This document shows, piece by piece, positions 57,642-64,000 of a DNA stretch of 64,000 nt. Numbering within the stretch: position 1 is the first letter of the stretch; each line of letters begins with the position of its first letter. A program made the translations under genes and the position numbers. Below the pieces are notes generated by a model. The model was not told the origin of the DNA and ran no database searches. It saw only the letters and a list, made by a program, of their open reading frames with translations. This DNA is from an uncultured Candidatus Saccharibacteria bacterium (GTDB taxonomy: Bacteria; Patescibacteriota; Minisyncoccia; UBA6257; 2-01-FULL-56-20). Location: NCBI GenBank assembly GCA_964646415.1, contig CAZYEL010000003.1, positions 11,639-75,638 on the forward strand, in the 5' to 3' direction.

Positions 57642-58289
57642 TTATGAGCGGTGATATTGTTTCGCCAGGGAAGAAACCACTTCTTTATCCATAAACACGC
57701 GCTTGTGATTCAGAAGATCGTACACGTTTAATCCGGAAGAATGCACCGCCTTTACCTTGGGAAGATTCGCGGCGGCGCGGAAAATGCCTTTTTCCCGCTC
57801 TCCCGCCACAAGCAGTACATCGAATTTTTTTACTTTCGCAGATGATGCGGTAAGCGTCCGCAAAATTGCCGCGAGCATTTTTGTTTTTGGCTGCTCCGGA
57901 CGAAGACCCTCAATCACTTTTATTGCGCCGCCCCGGAATTTGTCCGCGAGCACGGAGATAATTGCCGTGCGATTCATTTTCTTGTTTACCTTCTGGGTAT
58001 AATCGCGTTCTTTCTGCGGGCCGTGTGATTTGCCGCCGCCCACCCACAAAGGAGAGCGAGTGGAACCATGCCGCGCGCGTCCCGTTCCTTTTTGCCGCCA
58101 CGGCTTCCTGCCGCCGCCGCGCACTTCACTGCGCCCCTTCGCATGCGCCCACGGACGACGCTTGTTCGCCTGCTGCGCAAGAAGCACCTGGGCAACGAGC
58201 GCAGGTCGCGAAGGGGCGCCGAAAATGGCGTCGGGGGCTTCCACCGTTCCGATCACCTCGTTTTTTATGTTGTAAACATCTACTTTCAT
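57642..58289 (-). CDS. rplD: 50S ribosomal protein L4
   Basis: KPWRQKGTGRARHGS. Confidence 0.96.
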   Translation of the reverse strand: MKVDVYNIKNEVIGTVEAPDAIFGAPSRPALVAQVLLAQQANKRRPWAHAKGRSEVRGGGRKPWRQKGTGRARHGSTRSPLWVGGGKSHGPQKERDYTQKVNKKMNRTAIISVLADKFRGGAIKVIEGLRPEQPKTKMLAAILRTLTASSAKVKKFDVLLVAGEREKGIFRAAANLPKVKAVHSSGLNVYDLLNHKRVFMDKEVVSSLAKQYHRS

Positions 58290-58327
58290 GGAAAAATGTT
58301 GGGGGGACAATTTTAAATTCGCATTTG

Positions 58328-58918
58328 CTACTCTACCTTCTGCGCTTTTATTTTCTCTATTTCCAAAAACCCTCCGCGCGCGCCCGGAACCGCCCCTCGC
58401 AAAAGCAGAATATTTTTCTCTTTATCCACGCCCGCCACCACGAGATTCTTCACTGTTACGCGGTCGACTCCCATGTGTCCCGCCATGCGCCGGCCGGGAA
58501 TCACGCGCTGCGGCGTGGTGTTCCCGATAGACCCCGGCATGCGGTGCCGGTTTTTTTGTCCGTGCGTTTTCGGCCCCCCGCTGAAGCCGTGCCGCTTCAC
58601 CACGCCCTGGAAACCCCGCCCCTTCGTGGTGCCGCTCACTCGCACCATATCTCCTTCGCTGAATGCCCCCACGGTAACCACATCCCCTTTCTTGAACGGA
58701 AACTCCGCAGGGACTTTCCCGCCGGAGGCGAACCCGCCTTTGGTGGAGAATTCTCTTTTATATTTCCCCAGAGCGAGCTGCACCGCTTCATAACCGTCTT
58801 TCGCCGCCGTGCGCATGAGCGAAACCGTATTCGGCGCAGCCTTAATCACAGTGACGGGAATCACCTTTTTATCCTTCCAAATCTGGTCCATTTTTAATTT
58901 TTTACCGAGGATGAACAT
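58328..58918 (-). CDS. rplC: 50S ribosomal protein L3
   Basis: KGRGFQGVVKRH, PGSIG, MAGHMG. Confidence 0.96.
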   Translation of the reverse strand: MFILGKKLKMDQIWKDKKVIPVTVIKAAPNTVSLMRTAAKDGYEAVQLALGKYKREFSTKGGFASGGKVPAEFPFKKGDVVTVGAFSEGDMVRVSGTTKGRGFQGVVKRHGFSGGPKTHGQKNRHRMPGSIGNTTPQRVIPGRRMAGHMGVDRVTVKNLVVAGVDKEKNILLLRGAVPGARGGFLEIEKIKAQKVE

Positions 58919-59017
58919 AAAGTTACTAAAAATCGCCCAAGGAGACCCGGGCGATCGGTCAATCCTTGTGAAAACACCCACCTATGAATAGGCGATGTCC
59001 ATTAAAGCGACAGGAAG

Positions 59018-59046
59018 ATAATAAGCTGCTTTCGGCGTGCTGTCAA
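59018..59046 (-). promoter_or_regulatory. Promoter TTGACA-17-TATTAT for the rplC operon
   Basis: Consensus-like hexamers between rpsJ and rplC. Confidence 0.65.
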
Positions 59047-59058
59047 CGGGAACAATGC

Positions 59059-59092
59059 AAAAAGCGCATACGCGCCCTTGGGGCGCGTATGC
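59059..59092 (-). terminator. Intrinsic terminator after rpsJ
   Basis: 12-bp stem GCATACGCGCCC/GGGCGCGTATGC followed by T5 on the minus strand. Confidence 0.75.
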
Positions 59093-59122
59093 GGACTCTT
59101 TCGTTCCCTGCGCCGGGGAAAA

Positions 59123-59458
59123 TCAAACCATCTTGATTTCGATGTCTACGCCCGCCGGCAAGTTGAGATTTCCCAACGATTCTATGATCTTCTGAGTCGG
59201 GTTCGCGATATCGATGAGGCGCTTATGCATCCGAAGCTCAAACTGCTCCCGTGAATCCTTGTGCACGAAAGGAGAACGATTCACCGTATACTTCTTAGTC
59301 TCCGTAGGAAGCGGGATAGGGCCCACCACTTTCGCATCGTTCCTCTCCGCCGCGTCAATAATCTGGCGCGCGGAAGCATCAATCAACTTATGGTCGTAGG
59401 AACGAATCCGCAAGCGAAGCTTCTGCGGGAAATCTTTTTCTGGCTGTTTCTTTGCCAT
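59123..59458 (-). CDS. rpsJ: 30S ribosomal protein S10
   Basis: GPIPLPT, SREQFE..HKRLIDI. Confidence 0.96.
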   Translation of the reverse strand: MAKKQPEKDFPQKLRLRIRSYDHKLIDASARQIIDAAERNDAKVVGPIPLPTETKKYTVNRSPFVHKDSREQFELRMHKRLIDIANPTQKIIESLGNLNLPAGVDIEIKMV

Positions 59459-59465
59459 AACGGAT

Positions 59466-59544
59466 AGCTTTAAGGTTGAAGCGATAGGATTTAAGTTTGC
59501 ATTCAGATTTCTACTCGAAGCTTAAAGCTCGAAGCTTAAAGCTA
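59466..59544. repeat. 7-nt periodic inverted-arm element (AGCTTTA../..TAAAGCT)
   Basis: Similar elements at 37791-37866, 43858-43928 and 62984-63062. Confidence 0.75.
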
Positions 59545-60741
59545 TTTGGAAATCTTCGTCACCACTCCCGCACCGACGGTCTTTCCTCCTTCACGGATTG
59601 CAAACCGTTGCTTCTCTTCAAGCGCGACCGGCGAAATGAGCTTCACGGTGATTTTCACGGTGTCGCCCGGCATCACCATTTCCATTCCCTGGGGCAAAGT
59701 GATTTCCCCAGTTACGTCCGTCGTGCGGATATAGAATTGCGGTTTATATCCACCAAAGAACGGCGAGTGGCGCCCGCCTTCCTCTTTCGAAAGAACATAT
59801 ACTTCCGCATCAAAATCGGTATGGGGCGTCACACTCCCCGGTTTCGCCACCACCTGACCGCGCTCTACATCTTCTTTCTTCAAGCCGCGGAGAAGAACGC
59901 CCACGTTGTCACCCGCAATCACTTCGTCCAAAAGCTTATTGAACATTTCAATTCCTGTTATGACCGTCTTTTGCGTGGGGCGGAGTCCGATGATCTCCAC
60001 TTCTTCGTTCACCTTTGCCTTACCGCGCTCCGCACGACCCGTCACCACCGTACCGCGCCCTTCAATCGAGAAAATGTCCTCGATTGGCATAAGGAATGGC
60101 TTATCCAAATCGCGTACCGGATTCGGCACAAATTCATCAAGCGCTTTCACTAAATCCATAATCGGCTTCGCATCAGCCTCATCCGCCGATTTGGAATTCA
60201 ACGCTTTCAAGGCGGACCCGCGGATAATCGGCGTAGTGTCGCCGGGGAATTCATACTTCTTCAAGAGCTCACGCACTTCGGACTCCACGAGGTCGATAAG
60301 TTCCGGGTCATCCACCTGGTCAACTTTGTTCAAAAACACCACAATCGCCGGCACGCCTACCTGACGCGCAAGGAGAATGTGCTCACGCGTCTGCGGCATG
60401 GGGCCATCCGCGGCGGAAACCACAAGTACGGCGCCGTCCATCTGCGCGGCACCCGTAATCATGTTCTTAATATAATCTGCGTGCCCCGGCGCATCAATGT
60501 GCGCATAGTGGCGCTTTTCCGATTCATACTCCGAGTGATGGAGTGCAATGGTAATACCGCGCGCCTTTTCTTCCGGCGCGTTGTCGATCTGGTCAACTGC
60601 TTCTTCCTTCTTCGCCCAACCCTTCATAAAAAGGACATGGGTAATGGCGGCCGTAAGGGTCGTCTTCCCATGGTCCACGTGACCAATCGTACCCACATTC
60701 ACGTGCGGCTTCGTCCGGCTAAACTTTTCCTTCTCTGCCAT
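59542..60741 (-). CDS. tuf: Elongation factor Tu
   Basis: [19 protein letters not shown]. Confidence 0.98.
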   Translation of the reverse strand: MAEKEKFSRTKPHVNVGTIGHVDHGKTTLTAAITHVLFMKGWAKKEEAVDQIDNAPEEKARGITIALHHSEYESEKRHYAHIDAPGHADYIKNMITGAAQMDGAVLVVSAADGPMPQTREHILLARQVGVPAIVVFLNKVDQVDDPELIDLVESEVRELLKKYEFPGDTTPIIRGSALKALNSKSADEADAKPIMDLVKALDEFVPNPVRDLDKPFLMPIEDIFSIEGRGTVVTGRAERGKAKVNEEVEIIGLRPTQKTVITGIEMFNKLLDEVIAGDNVGVLLRGLKKEDVERGQVVAKPGSVTPHTDFDAEVYVLSKEEGGRHSPFFGGYKPQFYIRTTDVTGEITLPQGMEMVMPGDTVKITVKLISPVALEEKQRFAIREGGKTVGAGVVTKISK

Positions 60742-60784
60742 TGGATAATAAAACTTGGGTTAATTTGTTATACGACAATAGTTC

Positions 60785-60812
60785 ATTCTATGGAGAAAGG
60801 CCCAATTGTCAA
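60785..60812 (-). promoter_or_regulatory. tuf promoter TTGACA-16-TAGAAT
   Basis: Consensus-like hexamers in the fusA-tuf spacer. Confidence 0.65.
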
Positions 60813-60843
60813 GCACTATGCCTGTGGATTCCTCTGATGCTAT

Positions 60844-62973
60844 TTACTTCTTCTTCCCTTCAACAATCAGCTGTTCGATGTTCTTCGGAACCGGTTCGTA
60901 GTGGTCGAATTCCATCGTGAAGCTCCCGCGGCCCTGCGTCATCGAGCGGAGTTCCGTGGCGTAGCCGAACATTTCGGCAAGCGGTACCTTCGCATCAATC
61001 ACTTTCACGTTCACGCGGTCGCCGAGATTCTCGATCTTCCCGCGCTTGGAATTCACGTTGCCCGTTACCTCGCCGAGGAAATCCGGCGGCACTATTACTT
61101 GAAGTTTCATGATGGGCTCAAGAATCACGGGATTGGCGCGCTTCGCCGCTTCCTGAAACGCCATAGAGCCGGCGATTTTGAACGCCGCCTCGGACGAGTC
61201 GACTTCGTGGAACGAGCCGTCATAGAGCTCCACCTCCACGTCGACTATCGGATAATGCGCGACGATGCCCCGGTCAAGCGCTTCCTTCACTCCCTTTTCC
61301 ACGGCCGGAATGAATTCGCGCGGAATAACCCCTCCCTTGATTGCGTCGGTAAACACGAACCCCGAACTCCGTTCAAGGGACTTCACGCGCAAACGCACAT
61401 GCCCGTACTGCCCGCGGCCTCCGGACTGTTTGATATATTTGCCTTCCGCCTCCGCCTCTCCCAAAATCGTTTCTTTGTAGGCCACTTGAGGTCTGCCCAC
61501 CGACGCCTCGACGCCGAATTCGCGCTTCATACGGTCCACGATGATTTCGAGGTGAAGCTCGCCCATGCCGGAGATAATCGTCTCCCCCGTATCCGGGTCG
61601 CCTGCCACGCGGAACGTGGGGTCCTCCTCCGCAAGACGGTGAAGCGCCGTACCCATCTTTTCCTGGTCGGCCTTCGTCTTCGGCTCAATCCGAATCCCGA
61701 TGACCGGCTCGGGGAAAATGATCTTTTCGAGAACCAGAGGATGCTCCGGGTCGCACAGCGTGTCTCCCGTCGTCGTGTTTTTGAGCCCCACAATCGCCGC
61801 GATTTCTCCCGCGTACACTTCCTCGACTTCTTCCCGTTGGTTCGCGTGCATCCGCACGACGCGTCCAATGCGCTCCTGATTCCCCTTGGTGGCATTCAAA
61901 ATGTAGGAACCGCGCCGCAGTACGCCCGCGTAGTTGCGGAAATAGGTGAGCGAGCCCACATAGGGATCCGCCGCGATTTTGAACGCAAGGGCGGTAAAGG
62001 GTTCCGCGTCATCCGCCCTGCGGGTGATTTCAGTTCCTGTTTTTTCATCCGTTCCTTTTACCGGCGGCAAATCCAAGGGCGAGGGAAGGAAGTCTACCAC
62101 CGCATCCAGCACAAATTGCACTCCCTTGTTTTTTAACGCCGAACCGCACAAGACCGGCACGATTCTGTTCTGAATCACCGATTTCCGCAACGTCCTCCGG
62201 AGGTCCTCAAGCTCAATCGTTTTCCCCTCAAGATAATGCGCCATCACGGCATCGTCCGCCTCGACGATTTTTTCAACCAGCTCATGCCGCCATTTCTCCA
62301 CTTCCGCTTTCATCTCGTCCGGAATGGGAATTTCTTTGATATTCTCGCCATGCTCGCCTTCGAACCCGAATGCTTTCATCCGCATAAGGTCAACCATGCC
62401 CTGGTATGTGCCCTCGGACCCTATGGGGAGCTGAATCGGCAGGGCATTCGGGGTAAGCCGCTCGCGAATCGCGTCGAAACTTCCCCAAAAACTTGCGCCC
62501 ATCCGGTCCATCTTGTTGATGAAACAAATCCGCGGCACATTGTATTCGTCCGCATAATGCCAGTTCGTTTCGGTCTGGGGTTCGACGCCGGAAACGCCGT
62601 CAAACACCACGACTGCTCCATCGAGCACGCGGAGCGAACGTTTCACCTCAACCGTAAAGTCAATGTGCCCCGGCGTGTCGATTAAGTTGATGCGGTGCGT
62701 AAAATTCTTGCGTTGCCCTGAGCTTGTCGAAGGGTCGCTTACGATATACGTCGGCGTCCAGAACGCGGTGGTCGCCGCGGCGGTAATCGTAATCCCGCGC
62801 TCGCGCTCCTGCTCCATCCAATCCATCACCGTGTCGCCCGTGTGCACTTCGCCGATTTTGTGGGATACGCCGGTATAAAAAAGAATCCGTTCGGAAACGG
62901 TGGTTTTGCCTGCATCGATGTGAGCGACGATGCCTATGTTTCTAATCTTTTCTACGGGGTATTCTCTGGGCAT
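60844..62973 (-). CDS. fusA: Elongation factor G (in-frame hairpin insert at 62716-62734)
   Basis: [25 protein letters not shown]. Confidence 0.98.
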   Translation of the reverse strand: MPREYPVEKIRNIGIVAHIDAGKTTVSERILFYTGVSHKIGEVHTGDTVMDWMEQERERGITITAAATTAFWTPTYIVSDPSTSSGQRKNFTHRINLIDTPGHIDFTVEVKRSLRVLDGAVVVFDGVSGVEPQTETNWHYADEYNVPRICFINKMDRMGASFWGSFDAIRERLTPNALPIQLPIGSEGTYQGMVDLMRMKAFGFEGEHGENIKEIPIPDEMKAEVEKWRHELVEKIVEADDAVMAHYLEGKTIELEDLRRTLRKSVIQNRIVPVLCGSALKNKGVQFVLDAVVDFLPSPLDLPPVKGTDEKTGTEITRRADDAEPFTALAFKIAADPYVGSLTYFRNYAGVLRRGSYILNATKGNQERIGRVVRMHANQREEVEEVYAGEIAAIVGLKNTTTGDTLCDPEHPLVLEKIIFPEPVIGIRIEPKTKADQEKMGTALHRLAEEDPTFRVAGDPDTGETIISGMGELHLEIIVDRMKREFGVEASVGRPQVAYKETILGEAEAEGKYIKQSGGRGQYGHVRLRVKSLERSSGFVFTDAIKGGVIPREFIPAVEKGVKEALDRGIVAHYPIVDVEVELYDGSFHEVDSSEAAFKIAGSMAFQEAAKRANPVILEPIMKLQVIVPPDFLGEVTGNVNSKRGKIENLGDRVNVKVIDAKVPLAEMFGYATELRSMTQGRGSFTMEFDHYEPVPKNIEQLIVEGKKK

Positions 62974-63059
62974 AATTAAGATGGCTTTTAGCTTTAAGGT
63001 GCAAGCGGTAAGTGAACTCGTATTTTGGCTGCTAGAAGCTTAAAGCTCAAAGCTTACAG

Positions 63060-63530
63060 CTAATATCTAGCAAAATGCGCAAATGCCCGGTTCGCCTCCG
63101 CCATGCGGTGCATGTCCTGTTTTTTCTTGATTGCGATGCCCTCGTTCTTTGCAGCAGCGATAAGTTCCTCCGCGAGCTTCTCGGCCATCGGCTTCCCTTT
63201 CTTTGACCTTGCAGCGCCCACGATCCAACGGATAGCGAGAATAAACCGCCGGTCGGGGCGCACCTCCTGCGGCACCTGATAGTTTGCGCCTCCCACGCGC
63301 CGGGAGCGCACTTCGAGCAAAGGCGATGCCTGCTCTACCGCTTTTTCAAAAACTTTTATCGGATCCTCGCCGGTTGCTTTTTTTACCGCATCAAATGCGT
63401 CATACACCAACCGCTCCGCAGTCGTCTTCTTCCCGTCGCGCATCACATAATTGATAAAACGCCCCAAGTCCACGCGGCTGTGGACAACGTCGGCTTTGTA
63501 ATGCTTTTTGTAAACTCGTTTCTTTCTCAT
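63060..63530 (-). CDS. rpsG: 30S ribosomal protein S7
   Basis: RRVGGANYQVP, HRMAEANRAFAH. Confidence 0.97.
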   Translation of the reverse strand: MRKKRVYKKHYKADVVHSRVDLGRFINYVMRDGKKTTAERLVYDAFDAVKKATGEDPIKVFEKAVEQASPLLEVRSRRVGGANYQVPQEVRPDRRFILAIRWIVGAARSKKGKPMAEKLAEELIAAAKNEGIAIKKKQDMHRMAEANRAFAHFARY

Positions 63531-63531
63531 T

Positions 63532-63660
63532 GGAGTATTCGCGAATAACGCTAATTTGGATTCAATAATGCGAATCTATTTATGGTGAGCTTGTCGAACC
63601 ATCTGCGTTACCTGCCTACCGGCAGGCAGGTTTGCCTTAATTCGCGATATTAGCGATTAC
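63532..63660. repeat. ~9-nt periodic element carrying two nested hairpin insertions (63582-63604, 63611-63630)
   Basis: Colinear with 48807-48893 apart from the inserts. Confidence 0.88.
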
Positions 63661-64000
63661 TTCTTCGCCTGTTTCGCACCATACTTCGACCGCTGTTGCT
63701 TCCTGCCTTCCACTCCCGTCGTGTCGAGCACGCCGCGCACGATATGGTACCGCACGCCGGGCAAGTCTTTCACGCGCCCGCCCCGGATAACGACAATCGA
63801 GTGCTCCTGCAAATTATGTCCCTCGCCCGGAATATAGGCGGTAACTTCCATGCCGTTCGTGAGCCGCACACGTGCGACTTTCCGAAGCGCGGAGTTCGGC
63901 TTCTTGGGAGTTGTGGTAAACACCTTCACGCACACCCCCCGCTTGAAAGGCGAGGAAGAATCCACCGGACGATTCTGAATCGTATTGAAATAGTACGACA
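63657..64000 (-). CDS. rpsL: 30S ribosomal protein S12 (5'-truncated by window edge)
   Basis: [22 protein letters not shown]. Confidence 0.97.
   Translation of the reverse strand, partial: SYYFNTIQNRPVDSSSPFKRGVCVKVFTTTPKKPNSALRKVARVRLTNGMEVTAYIPGEGHNLQEHSIVVIRGGRVKDLPGVRYHIVRGVLDTTGVEGRKQQRSKYGAKQAKK

Noticed and set aside
60901-62136. 411-aa ORF antisense to fusA, and similar shadows (15598-16695, 16685-17836, 29457-30473, 49394-50263)
   Set aside because: They lie opposite well-supported genes and lack protein-like features.
1-64000. CRISPR array or integron attC array
   Set aside because: No regularly spaced repeat-spacer units or RYYYAAC/GTTRRRY cassette ends were seen; the repeats are dispersed hairpins.
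1-64000. UGA recoding (genetic code 25) or selenocysteine
   Set aside because: TGA terminates conserved genes at the expected positions (e.g. rpsJ, greA, lysS), and RF2 is present.

Overview
64-kb chromosomal segment that is most likely from a Patescibacteria (CPR, Parcubacteria-like) bacterium. This rests on standard genetic code 11, an spc operon lacking rpmD, short intergenic regions and typical CPR gene families. The left ~36 kb is accessory: (i) a tandem array of ~600-aa Cys-rich paralogues with a RelE-type TA pair and orphan gene-end stubs; (ii) a vitamin-B12 module, with a cobalamin riboswitch ahead of a transcobalamin-architecture secreted protein converging on ArsR-nrdJ-cobO-ECF S-component-doxX; (iii) a CsoR/CopA copper island; (iv) a thiol-redox/metal operon; (v) a TA cassette bounded by 52-bp direct repeats; (vi) a degraded IS30. 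The right part is housekeeping: ftsXE, frameshifted prfB, tRNA-Thr, dnaE, lysS, greA, map, two adk, secY and the spc/S10/str ribosomal operons. Throughout the window lie several families of 19-60 bp hairpin elements plus 7-nt and ~9-nt periodic inverted repeats. Some hairpins sit in frame inside EF-G, RF2 and other proteins, and one repeat pair gives an empty-versus-filled comparison showing that two hairpins are precise insertions. Start codons were adjusted by eye, and family assignments come from motif recognition, not database searches.
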